A stretch of DNA of 63,590 bases, counting the filler, from Basidiobolus ranarum (Eukaryota), in assembly GCA_040143965.1 (NCBI GenBank). It is 20 parts of 20 records of this genome, joined end to end, with 100 filler letters (N's around TTAATTAATTAA, not from the genome) between each part and the next. Parts side by side here need not be neighbours in the genome. Positions count along the whole stretch, not along the records: positions 9,587 to 12,679 come from JASJQH010009611.1; positions 12,780 to 15,869 come from JASJQH010009612.1; positions 15,970 to 19,059 come from JASJQH010009613.1; positions 19,160 to 22,248 come from JASJQH010009614.1; positions 22,349 to 25,435 come from JASJQH010009615.1; 15 more parts are not named here. One strand, written 5' to 3'. Both the position numbers and the translations under genes were made by a program. Shown piece by piece: positions 11,805 through 23,649 of the stretch. The number at the start of each line of letters is the position of its first letter. Within the stretch, counting starts at the first letter, position 1. Below the pieces are notes generated by a model. That model had not been told where the DNA came from. It ran no database searches and worked only from the letters and a program-made list of their open reading frames with translations.

Positions 11805-12237
11805 ATGTCTTCAAAGGTCTTCTGTCTTCTTCTTTCTGTCTTGGGTTCCATGAGCATCATTGATGCTGCCCCTGCCAATTGCTACAACATTCCTTCTGCT
11901 GGTGGTTGTATCGACGGATGTAATATGGTAGGTTCAAAATTTCCCTGAAAGCATTGGAGGCTTGTATTAACATGTAAACATTACTTTGTCACGCTAATAG
12001 CAAGCAGGTATCCAATTGTTTGACGATTACAGCAGCGATCTTACCAGTCCTTTCTTCGTGAAATCCTTGGCTCTACAATGTGATCGCGCCAATCCTAACT
12101 TTATTCCTTTCATGACCAGTGCTGGAATTTGTATGGTTGACTGCCCTATTCCTCAACAGAGTGCTTACAATAGCACCTATAGAGCCTCATGCAGCTGGTA
12201 TAAGACCAACAAAAATGGATCTACCGGATGTAATTAG
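11805..12237 (+). CDS. Small secreted cysteine-rich protein, 119 aa (copy 2)
   Basis: Exons 11805-11927 and 12001-12237. Four amino-acid differences from copy 1 and the same intron position. Confidence 0.9.
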
Positions 12238-12601
12238 TATATTGAACATGTACCTCACTGGGCCTGCTCATATCAAAAGTTAAATAAACATAGCTTTGTT
12301 ATCTGAAAAACAAAGGAAGTTGTCGCTGACCAGTAATAAAACGCTAAGTTTATTCTAATGAAAACTCAAAATATTGATATTGAAAGAAAGTAGTATTGCT
12401 GTTCAACACTGATGAAATCTATTCAACTCTAAATGGTCACGGCGCCAACATATCGAATTTCACTTCAGTGAATCAATGTCGCTATAGTTTTATTTCCATC
12501 GTTAATAAAGTTTACATCATAAATCAACATGTAAATACTTCATAGAGTCCAATCATAAGTGCTCGGGGGTTTTCAATGATCTTGCGATACCATTAGTTGG
12601 G

Positions 12602-12679
12602 ATGATTCACTATTCTTATGATTCACTATTCTTATGATTCACTATTCTTATGATTCACTATTCTTATGATTCACTATTC
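12602..12679. repeat. 16-bp minisatellite, ~5 copies, at contig end
   Basis: ATGATTCACTATTCTT unit. Confidence 0.9.
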
Positions 12680-12779
12680 NNNNNNNNNNNNNNNNNNNNN
12701 NNNNNNNNNNNNNNNNNNNNNNNTTAATTAATTAANNNNNNNNNNNNNNNNNNNNNNNNNNNNNNNNNNNNNNNNNNNN

Positions 12780-12883
12780 GTACTGATAATGGAGGGGAAT
12801 ATACCTCAAAACTCTTCTCTAACTTCTGCTCAACACATGGGATAAAACAGCAGACTACAGTGCCATATTCTCCACAGCAGCAA
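12780..12883 (+). mobile_element. Copia integrase core fragment
   Basis: TDNGGEYTSKLFSNFCSTHGIKQQTTVPYSPQQ. Confidence 0.85.
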
Positions 12884-12986
12884 GTCATTTAAAGAAAAAA
12901 CTCACATACTCGATTCATTAATACACTGACTTGAGCAGGTGTTAAAGTTTGTTTTCTGGCACTAACACCAGCATTCTTTCCAATCC

Positions 12987-13638
12987 TCAGAGCACTATAT
13001 GTAAAACTAGGTACTGGGGAATGCTTGTACTGAGATGCAGAAGCTGATATATTGCATTGGTTGCCTCCCCTCTATTTCTTTCTAGAACAGTGGAATTTTG
13101 GGCATTTTGGTGCCTATTTGCAGCCAGTTGTTCTACAGAGCCCAATGCATGGGTAGTTTGGTTCCTATCAGGCACCACTAGGTTTTTAGACTGTTGCTTT
13201 GCTATTTTCCCACTTTGAACACTACCTTTGCCTCTTCTAGCAGGCAGATGTGGGAAGAAATCTTGATATTCTTGTGGCATGATATTGCTTCTACTTATAA
13301 ATGAATCATCTTTGAGAAGATATCTCCAATGTTATATAGCAATGGCAGAAATGATGCATGCTTCATCATATCAACTATCATACCTAGCCATGATCTTTAC
13401 CCTCATCTTCCATCAATAGTTTACTTTGAAAATGTTGACATGTCAGCTGTAATGATCAAGTATAGCCATTGTATTTCTCTGGAGCAATTGAAAGGTGCAG
13501 TGGCTTGTCTTCAATCAACATGTTAAACATTAGTAGTTACTTGTGCCACTGTATTATACTGAATATGGAAATTCAGTAACTTTATATATTTTCAGGTTTT
13601 TGAACATCACATAAAGAGCAAGATTACAGCATGGTCAT
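12987..13638 (-). pseudogene. Decayed gene with N-terminal Zn(II)2Cys6-like cluster
   Basis: MTML*SCSLCDVQK [short intron-like gap ending CAG] L*YSGTSNY*CLTC*LKTSHCTF, continuing in frame through TGA/TAA stops into ORF 12987-13280. Confidence 0.45.
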
Positions 13639-13789
13639 TGTATTGCAAATGCCAAAAAATAAAGTTTTTAAAAAGTTGATCACATTTGTTATGTATGCTT
13701 AATGATTTATGATCTTCTTAACTCCTATATAATCAGAAATAAAATACAAAGGCATAATATCCGTGATAAAAATGCTAAAAGTACCCAGG

Positions 13790-14595
13790 ATTCTATTAAG
13801 TGGCTCACATTTGTAGTGTGCATTGAGAGAAGTATAATCTTGTAATTCCAATAAAGTCAAAAGTGAAATATCATTGCAGGGTATAAGTCATATGCATGTC
13901 AAAAGTTAGTATGTTTTTAAAAGAGACTTACATTTGTATTGTGCATCAAGGGATGAGCAGTCTTTGTAACTCCTTTAAAGTGAAAAGTAAAAAATATCTT
14001 GATGTGGTCTAAGTTATATATACACAAAAAGTAAAGAAATTTTTAAAAAGAGGTTAATAGTTGTAGTGTGCATTGAGGGATGAGTGGTCTTTGTAGCTCC
14101 TATAAAATCAAAGGTAAAAAATAATGACATGGTATCAGTTATATGCATGCCAAAAGTAAATATGGTTTTAACAAGAGGCTCATGTTTGTAGTGCACATCA
14201 AGGGATGAGTGATCTTTTTAACTCCTATAAAGTCAAAGGTAAAAAATACTGATGTGATATCAGTTATATGCATGCCAAAAGTAAATATGTTTTTAAAAAG
14301 AGGCACCTGCCTATAGTGCACATCAAGGGATGAGCAGTCTTTGTAACTCCTATAAAGTCAAAGGTAAAAAATAATGATGTAGTATTAGTTATATGCATGC
14401 CAAAAGTAAATAAGTTTTTGAAAAGATGCTTATGTTTGTAGTTCTCATCAAGGGATGAGCAGTCTTCATGACTACTTTAAAGTCAGAGTTACAATATAAT
14501 GACATGGTAACAGTTATATGCACACCAAAAGTAAATATTTTTTTAAAAAGGGGCTTATGTTTGTAGTGTGCATTGAAGGATGAGTAGTCTTTTTA
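13790..14595. repeat. ~125-bp tandem repeat, ~6.5 copies
   Basis: The TGTAGTG(T/C)(G/A)CAT..GGGATGAG..GTCTTT motif recurs near 13813, 13935, 14062, 14187, 14312, 14437 and 14562. Confidence 0.9.
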
Positions 14596-15562
14596 AATGT
14601 TTGTAAAACACCAGTAGAAAGTTTTTTATCAACACTTTCAATATTTCTAGTTTTGTAATATATTTATGATATCTCCAATATTCACTTTCTTCTTTACTTA
14701 TTTTGTATTCTTCACAAAGTTCTTACAAATATTACTAATTCAGGATGTTAATCAAATATCCTCAATACTCTCAATAGTATATAAAGGATATTCTTAATAA
14801 GTTATTTATGAATTATCAAGCTAAAAAGTAGCCAGTCTACTTATGGTAAAATTAAAATACTTAAGAGCTTTCAGAGTCTGAAGGAATATATCTGCACTTT
14901 GGTTTCCCAGAGACTTGTAAATTAATAAAAATTAAAAAAATATTCAATATCTGAGAAATTTCTCAGAATTTATAAAAATTATGAAAGCTAGAATAGGCTG
15001 TGTTATAGTGTTGGAAACAGTGTCTCTTCCTCAGAGGTGTCAAAGGTCAGAGATCTGGCCTTTGGAAAATTTGGGCAAGCCCAATTCTTGCCATACACAA
15101 GTGACTTGAGTATATTGTGACAGAAGGGTGTACATTGTTTCCAAGAAAACTTGTTTATTTATGTCTGAATGGAGCGGGAGCGGGTGATATCAGATGCGTA
15201 TTGCACGGACAAAGTAGTCGAGCCTCAAATCTACAAGCAATCTCGTGAAGGAATTGCTCCAGTTAGCATATATTCTTCCAAATCAATCGTCATTGGTGAA
15301 TTTACCGAGTTAAGTTAGAATCATGACTAATGCCGTCTTAAGAAAACGTGTTCACAAGAACCATCTGCCTCACCAAGACAGCAGTCGTATCCCACAAGCA
15401 TATACCAATGGCCATCATGAACAAACGAGTAGTTAATGGATGAAATATATTTTAAGGTAACAACTGCAAATACAACTTGGTTACTAACGTTGTTAGGATT
15501 CTGATATCACATAATAGGTTAAATCTAAATAATATTAATGCAATAAATCTATGGTGTGAGAT

Positions 15563-15869
15563 CTAGTTCTTTCTCTTGGCACCATTCAACTCTTCTCCTT
15601 CTCTGCGTCTGTTTCTGGAGGTCAATTCTTCGATACTCTTACCTTTGGTTTCTTTTACGAAGAAAAGAGTTGCGAAGAATCCAACCGCGCAACAGCCTGC
15701 GAAAATTAAGAAGATGTAACCGTGGATGGCATCAGAAACAGCAGGGAAAATGAGACCGATGACGAAATTGGAGAGCCAGTTAATGGCGAGGGCAGTACTG
15801 GTGGTACCGGAAACAGCATTAGTAGGCATCAACTCAGTCATGATAAGGAAAGGAACTGGGCCAAGACCG
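15563..15869 (-). CDS. MFS sugar porter (GLUT/HXT family), C-terminal part
   Basis: GLGPVPFLIMTELMP..A...ALAINWLSNFVIGLIFP...FFVKETKGKSIEE carries the sugar porter TM10-12 and ETKG motifs. Confidence 0.92.
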
Positions 15870-15969
15870 NNNNNNNNNNNNNNNNNNNNNNNNNNNNNNN
15901 NNNNNNNNNNNNNTTAATTAATTAANNNNNNNNNNNNNNNNNNNNNNNNNNNNNNNNNNNNNNNNNNNN

Positions 15970-16227
15970 AGCAGTAAACCCAGTAATTTGCCATTTGAAA
16001 ATTATATTTTTGCAAAAATTGCTGGATATTGAATAACACATGCCAAATTTGAGGATCAATATTTTAACATGTATGAATACTGGTAAGATACCGTCAAGAA
16101 ACCGCAGTCACACCAACTAAATCCCTGTCAGAATGCAAGCCAACAATATTGCAATGGTTCTCTGATGGTTTTGCCATTTTGGAGGGTGGATTTGATCCGG
16201 ATCAAATCAATTTTATTTTTGTAAGGG
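15970..16227 (+). mobile_element. CACTA right end
   Basis: Same subterminal sequence, ends TTTTTGTAAGGG. Confidence 0.8.
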
Positions 16228-18549
16228 AACAGTTAGATTACCAATGTTGGGCTGAATCTTTCTTCACTGCATTCAATATAACATTTAGATGCCTAACAAC
16301 ATTACCACAACATTCTCTTTCATTTGAAGCTCTATATGGTTTGAATGCAAGTGTGGATTATCTCAGGATCTTTGGAGCACAGCAAATTTTCTTTTTCCAA
16401 TTTAGAAGTGCTCTAAGCTGGATCCTAACAGCAGAGATTGCGTATTTCTGACTTGCTATATAGCATATAAGGCATACCAACTGTTTGATATGAAAAATCA
16501 GGAATGAATTATGTGCAGCAATGTGCTATTTTATGAAATAGCATATTTTCTGCCTCATGTCACATTTCTTCATCCAGAAAACACAATCAGCACTATTCAG
16601 GAAGTGTCTGACCAATCTCCAGCTTTGTCCAAGCCCAACGTAACTAAAATTTCAGCCCCAATTACATCAGAGGATGAATCAGGACCTAGAAGATCATCCC
16701 AAATGAGGAATCAGCTAGGGGACTGATGGAACACTTATAATGATGATATCTATGTTCATGCAGCATTCTGCAACAAGCCGCACACTCTAGAGCAAGCTCT
16801 GGAGTGTCCAGAGAAAAAGTTATGGGAAAAAGCAATGCCTGATGAGTATTCTTCATTGAGGAGAATAAAACATGGGTTTTGACTCCTCTACCATCAGGAA
16901 GAAAGCCAACATGTTGCAAATGGTTCTAAAGAATAAAAAACCTTGCAGATGGAATAATAGAAAGGTATCAAGCAAGATTAGTTACAACAGTTTATTTGCA
17001 GACTCTGGGACTGGATTTTACTACATCTTTGCTTCTGTAGCTAAATTCGGCTCCATTTGATGAATCATGGGACTCTCAACCATCTATAACCTTGATTTAC
17101 ATCTGATGGATGTTACAGCAGCCTTCTGAATGGTAACCTTGAAGAAGAGAACTATATGGAGCAGCCAGATGAATTTGTTGACCCAGAACACCCTGATGTG
17201 ATCTTTGAACTGCAAAAATTGCTGTATGGACTCAAGTAGGCACCTACGGCATGGTAAAACAAATTAGATACCTATTGGCAGTCACTTGAAATTAAGAAAA
17301 TGCACAGTAAATGACAGTATTTAAAACAAAACAACCAGATATTGGATCCTTTTTTGGGCACTATGTGTGAATGCCCTCAACATAGCCACAAATGATCTAA
17401 AAGTACTTAATCCAACAAAAAGCAGCTTGTCATGCCAATTTCAAATGTTCAATACTGGTGAAATAAGTTATTTTCTGCAAATCTAAATCAACAGAGATAA
17501 ACCCTAACAGAAATTCATGATGAATCAGTCTAGATACATTCTAACATTCTAAGAAGCTTCCACATGTAGAATTACATGCCTATGTCAACACCAATGGTTC
17601 CTAATGTGAAATTAATCAGAATTTCATCCAATTTGGCCTAAAATGACTCAAATCAAAGCTAGGAGTTCCCTTATCAATCAATGGTGAGTAGTTTGATGTA
17701 CACAATGGTTCAGACATGTCAAGACATCTCTGCAGCAGTGAGAACTGTAATCAAATGTCTCAAAAATCTAGGAGCTGAGCACCCAACTGTTGCAAAACAA
17801 GTATTCAGACATTTTAGAGTAACAGTAGATCTAGTTGTGGAAAACTCTGTCTCTTCTATGCACAAGTTTTGGAAGGCTTAAGTGATGCAGACTAGGGAAA
17901 GGACCTTAAAGATAAAAGATCAATAATTGAGTATACCTCTCTCTATGGCAATGGAGCCATAACTTGGAATAGTATGATGTAACCAACCTTAGCACTCTCT
18001 GCTACAGAAGCAAAGTATATGGTGGCCTCAAGTACTACACAAGAAACTATGTGGTCAAAGATTGTATTTACAGACTTAGGATACATGCAAAAAGTGCCAC
18101 TGGTATATTTCTAGATAATCAAAGTTGTATTTCATTAGCTAAAAACCCTACATTATGTGCTAGAACAATAGATATAGATATAAGGCATCATATTGTTGAA
18201 GATGCAATAGAGAAAGATATAACTTGACAATTGCCCAATTGGAAGATTGATTGTTGAAATCTTGACCAAATCTCTAGCTAAAGCACAATTTGAAATATTA
18301 AAATATAACTTAAGTTTATGAGAAATGCAATATAATTAGTTGAGTGGCAATGTTGTAACTAGTTATATATCAACTCATTAGTTTGTAGTTAGTTTGTTGA
18401 TACTTGGATTATTCAGCACTCATTTCTGCCATTCAAAAACATGGGTTTATTGCTCTAATTGACAGAAAATTCAATTAGATCACTTTTATCAATTTCAATA
18501 TTTTCTCAAATCTTCTCCAAATAACCACAAATTATCACCCATGCTTAAC
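16228..18549 (+). mobile_element. Degenerate copia IN-RT-RNaseH, PPT and partial 3' LTR (family D)
   Basis: WAES, LRIFG, KLLYGLK, SDAD.GK and TEAKYM motifs. AGTTGAGTGGCAA then TGTTG at 18351. Confidence 0.88.
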
Positions 18550-18693
18550 AGGTGGCAAAGGCCAACTGCAAGAATGATTGAACCTTCCACATTGTTGGAT
18601 GAAGATCTGACACCTGAGAGCAATCTACTAAGCAGCAATCCATCATAACTCATACTCCCGCAAGACCAAGAGAGCTGGTTTTTGAGAGAGCTA

Positions 18694-19059
18694 CCCTAAC
18701 AAAAATTTGAGGATTGTTATTGTAGGAAAACCATCACAATTTTAATCCATTTGGGATTGACTGTTTACTTACCACCATAAAATAGTCAAGTTAGATTTGA
18801 TTTTAATCAATTTTTTCAGTTTCAGGGGTGCAAATTCAAGATTTTGCAAAATAGCGGCAAATGAATGGCTAAAGTTTCAGAGAACTATGGATCAACACAT
18901 GTGCAAAACATGTGACTCAAATTTTACACAATTACCACTTGAATGCTAATTTGTCACCGTCAAAATCCCTAATCTTTGATATATTCTCCTGAATGTTTTT
19001 ATAGAGTTCTTCATACCCAAGGTTTAGCTCATACCCAACACAGGTTTGTGTCAATATCT
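18694..19059 (+). mobile_element. CACTA left end, including the 3' end of ORF2 on the - strand
   Basis: Starts CCCTAACAAAAATTTGAGG. Matches 41173 and the reverse copies at 22349-22680 and 35560-35920. Confidence 0.8.
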
Positions 19060-19168
19060 NNNNNNNNNNNNNNNNNNNNNNNNNNNNNNNNNNNNNNNNN
19101 NNNTTAATTAATTAANNNNNNNNNNNNNNNNNNNNNNNNNNNNNNNNNNNNNNNNNNNNTAATCACAG

Positions 19169-19767
19169 CTCATCGCTCATAATACGCGTCCGGATGGTGC
19201 TCTTCGTGGCGCAGCTATGGAGAGAGGGATGCCAGCTATTACGGGTTAGTCTACATAAGCAACAGTATCATCATCAATGTCTTTTCTACTAAACGCCGCA
19301 TTCAGTGGAAATTGGCGATCCCTCTCGTTTTCAGAAACGATTTGTCAGAAACGCATTACTAGGGGTAACCAATATCATGTCTCACCTCCAAATGATCGAA
19401 GATGAACCGGACCATCCAGAATATGAGCCTGTAGTTTGCTCGAAAAGTGTTAGTATCTCGTTTGTCTTCTTGACAAGTATTTGGAAGAATCTAACTGAGA
19501 CTCCTTGAAATGTAGTATTGGATCTTTGCTCCTTCAGGAGGTATACTTTCTGTACTGCCAGATGTGAATACCTGGGTAAAGAAAAACGAACCGATTGCCT
19601 ATCTCCATACTATCTTTGGTGTTTTAGAGGCTACGTATTATGCTCCAGAAGATGGTATTGTTATTGGCAAAAACGTCGATCCTGTTTGTCAGTCTGGCAA
19701 TCGAATTTTGCATTTAGGTGTCGTAGATAGCACCTTCCCTGAATACGTAAACGATGGACATTTATAA
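19169..19767 (+). CDS. Succinylglutamate desuccinylase/aspartoacylase (AstE/AspA) family deacylase, 3' exons
   Basis: Exons 19169-19244, 19306-19448 and 19516-19767. DGALRGAAMERGMPAITVEIG..RFQ...SYWIFAPSGG...APEDGIVIG...GNRILHLG. Confidence 0.85.
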
Positions 19768-20578
19768 AACACGGGGAAAACTAGTATGTTTGGAATTACT
19801 ACGAACGTATCCATTGTCTTTTCTTCTCCACTCTGCTTTATCTTCAGCAAGAATAGAATGAAAATCTATATTCTAGAAACCCCACTTAAAATAAATCATT
19901 ATTTTTGTCAGCCTATCTCCGACGCGTCAGAATCAAGTGAACAGTATATAGAAAATATAGCTTATCCTATGCAGTGTACACGATAGCTATGGTAACTTTC
20001 ACTTCCATCTCCATTTCAACATGCATCTTGATATATTGATTGTCTAGGCTGTTATATAGCTTGCCAAAATACCCTTACATTCGTATGTTCACAAACTTGA
20101 TGTAGAAAGCTAATAATACGGCAGACAAAAAATTTGCCATTAATAGAAATTGGCGGAATTGACATTATATCTAATATAAAACCACAAATATACTACAGGA
20201 CTACGATTCGGATATTTTGAGCTATTAATTATAAATTTGTGTATGAATCAAAATATGGGAATCCATGTCCGAATGAGAGTGTTTAAATTGATCGAAAATT
20301 AGGATCTTTTCGATAACTTCGTAGTCACCATAGTTTCACGAATTTGTGTTTTCCGGATAAATTTGAAAAGCTGGGTTCAAATATAAGCTCCTTAATTTTT
20401 TATTTCTCCTCGATCATGGAAAAATTTGGAGCAACCCTAAAATATCCAATATAAACTGAGAAAAAAAAGAAAAAAAGAAAAAAATTTAGGAAAAGAAAAT
20501 GTCAACGAAGCGTAGTATATTGTTTGGTGATTGTGTCGAAGTGTCTTACTTGTTCGGGTGACTACTATCAATACTGCA

Positions 20579-21975
20579 ATGGAAGTCGTGCTTCAGAATA
20601 CTTTAGATAACGTTGAGCTCAACAAATATCAAACCGCTGCCGCTATTTGCGATGGTAAACTAGCTTACATTTATCTTTGTTTTTGAATCAATACTAACTG
20701 AGGTATTTTTTGTCGTTACTTATTTAGAGGTTCTAAAGCAAGTTGCCAGTAAGGTTGCTGCTGGTGTTTCGGTTGCTGAGTTGTGCCAATTCGGTGACGA
20801 ACTTATCATCTCTTATGTAATTTTTGTCCAGATTTGAAATCAATCGGTTCTATATTCTTACTAACCTTTAATTCCGCTATATAGACCAACAGCGTGTATA
20901 ACAAGCAACGCCTCGAGAAAGGTATTGCTGTCCCTACTTCCATTGGTGTCAACAACTTTGTCCAAAATTTCTCTCCTCTCCCTACTGAGGCTTACACCAT
21001 CAATACTGGTGATATGGTTAAAATGTAAAATTTGTTTTCTTCCCAGATACCCCATCTTCCTTTTCTAACATGCTTTCTATCTACTAATAGCGAACTCGGT
21101 GTTCACATTGACGGTTATGTTGCTTCCTCCGCCCATACTACTATTGTCAACCCCAATCCTCAGTCTCCCGTTACTGGTAATAATTTTTAAGAGTATGCGG
21201 CCTTTATCTGTACTACTTACTCAATATCATTCATTATACAGGACGTCCTGCTGATGTAGTTTGTGCTGCTTACTTTGCGTTGGAGGCTGCTATTAGAACT
21301 TTAAAGGTTGGAAGTAAGAATACCGATGTCATGAAGGTCATTGCTGATTCCGCTGCTGTGTTTGGCTGTCATCCTGTCGAAGGTACTACCTCTAACCAAG
21401 TTCAACGTTTCTTATTGAACGGAACCAAGGCTATCTTGAACTATTCCGAAGAAAGTTTCGTTGAGGAGTTCGTCTTCGAAGAGAACGAAGTCTACACTCT
21501 CAATGTGTTTATGAGCACTGGCGAAGGCAAAATCACTGAGTTAGAACATAGACCTACTATATATCAACGTGATGTTAACCAAAACTACAGCCTCAAGCTT
21601 AAGGCTGCCCGTGCCTTGTTTAACCATGTTAATGAAACCTTCTCTGTGTTCCCCTTCCCTATCCGTATGGTAGAGGATGCTCGTCTTCGTTTAGGTCTTC
21701 AAGAATGTGTTAACCATCAATTGTTGATCCCCTATCCCATTTACACTGAAAGAAGAGGTGAATCCGTTGCACAATTCAAACTCACTGTTGTCTTAACCCC
21801 CAAGGGTCCTCAACGTCTTACTTCTCTTCCTTCTCTTCCATATATTCACTCCGAGCTCACTGTACCAGAGAACTCTGAACTCAAACAAATATTGTCAACC
21901 TCTGTAAAATCCTACAACCTCCCACCACTTCCTACTCTCAAAGTGAAGGAAAGCTCTGCCATGGATATGTCTTGA
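20579..21975 (+). CDS. ARX1: ARX1/PA2G4(EBP1)-like M24-fold ribosome-associated protein, 374 aa
   Basis: Exons 20579-20654, 20728-20816, 20885-21024, 21091-21176 and 21242-21975 (1125 nt). Motifs NKYQTAA, EKGIAVPTSI, VKIELGVHIDGY, YSLKLKAAR and VAQFK. The absence of a K-rich tail favours ARX1 over PA2G4. Confidence 0.85.
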
Positions 21976-22348
21976 TTTAACTACCCCTATACATGAATCA
22001 TTCTCTTTTTATCTACCATTGTTTTAGGTGGCTTCTTTTTGGTATATACAGTTTCTACTGATTCTTAAGTTCTTCATGTTCCCAAAACTTGTTGATACAT
22101 ATAGTTTTAATATAAAAGTAACAACTACTTCAAGAATCATTATTTAGAATATGATACTAAAATGAAGTAGATGTTTATTTACCCCAGCCGCCAGTGTATA
22201 TTTGCTCTGTCTCTCGCGAGGCACCCCGGTTGGGGCCGCGGCGGCGGGNNNNNNNNNNNNNNNNNNNNNNNNNNNNNNNNNNNNNNNNNNNNTTAATTAA
22301 TTAANNNNNNNNNNNNNNNNNNNNNNNNNNNNNNNNNNNNNNNNNNNN

Positions 22349-23649
22349 AACCTTGGATACAAAGAACTCTATAAAAATTTTCAGGAGAATATATCAAAGA
22401 AATTAGGAATTTTGAAGATGACAATTAAGCATTCAAGTAGTAAATGTGTAAAATTTGAGTTATGTTTTTTTCACATTTGTAGATGCATAGTTCTCTGAGA
22501 TTGTGGCCCATCATGTGCCACTGTTTTGTGAGATCTTCAAAGTTCACTCTTGAAACTGAAAAAATTGATTAAAATCAAATCTAACTTGACAATTTTATGA
22601 TGGTAAGTAAACAGTCAATCCCAATTGGATTGAAATTGAGGAGGTTTTCCTATGATCACAATCCTCAAATTTCTGTTAGGCAAGAGTCAGCTGTTAGCCA
22701 AGTTTCAGTCCTATTCAAAATTTCAGATGTTTCACAATTTTTCCCCAGTCAATTTGCTGGTAAAGCATGTTGATGTTGTTGATTTATGTCTGATCAGTCA
22801 AGTATGTCCATATGTGGAGACTAAAGACAACAAGAATCTTGTATTTTTTGATTTTCATTAAGGCTGGAATATGTTGACAAAAATATCTAAATAAAGACAC
22901 ACATATTAATTCAAATTTCTAATGCAGTAAACCCAGTAATTTGTCATTTGAAAATTAGATTTTTGCAAAAATTCCTCGTAATTAAATAAAGCATGCCAAA
23001 CATGAGCATTAATATTTCTACATGTATGAATATCATCAAAATACCTGGCAGAATGCAATTCACCAATGTTGTGACAGTTCTCTGAGGGTTTTGCAATCCA
23101 GAAGGGTGGATCCAATCCAGATCCAATTGATTTCATATTTGTTGGGTGTTATTTTAGCTGAGTTTTTTACAGAACTCTACCAAAATCCAAGAGCTTATTC
23201 TCTTTGTCAATTATATTAAGAGTCAGCTATTTGGCAAATATCAGTGCTATTCCGAATTGCAAATAATCAGTAATTCTTTCATTTTAGGTTTGCTGGCAAG
23301 AAAATTGATGTTGTTGAGCTATGTCTGATCAGTCAGGCATATGTATATGTAGAGATTATACATAACAAAATTCTAGTGCTTTTTGATTCTCATTATGGCA
23401 GAAATATAGAGCCTAAAGTATCTATATAAAGGCATGTAGATTAACTTAAATAGTAATAGCAATAAACGCAGTACTTGGTGATTCAAAAATTGATCTTTTC
23501 CAAAAATTCTAGAAAATTGTAAAATACATGACAGATATCAAGGTCCAATATTTCAGCATGTGTGATTACCATCACATTACTGGGAGGAAGTGAACATCAT
23601 ACTATCAAAATCTCTGGCAGAATATAAGCTGTTGTTATCATGACAGTCC
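22349..23649. mobile_element. Nested CACTA ends: left end reversed (to 22680), right-end blocks 22681-23146 and 23147-23649
   Basis: Homology to 18694-19059 and 55750-56313. Confidence 0.75.

Noticed and set aside
11513-11863. 116-aa ORF
   Set aside because: Non-ATG start; it overlaps the promoter and exon 1 of the secreted protein gene out of frame.
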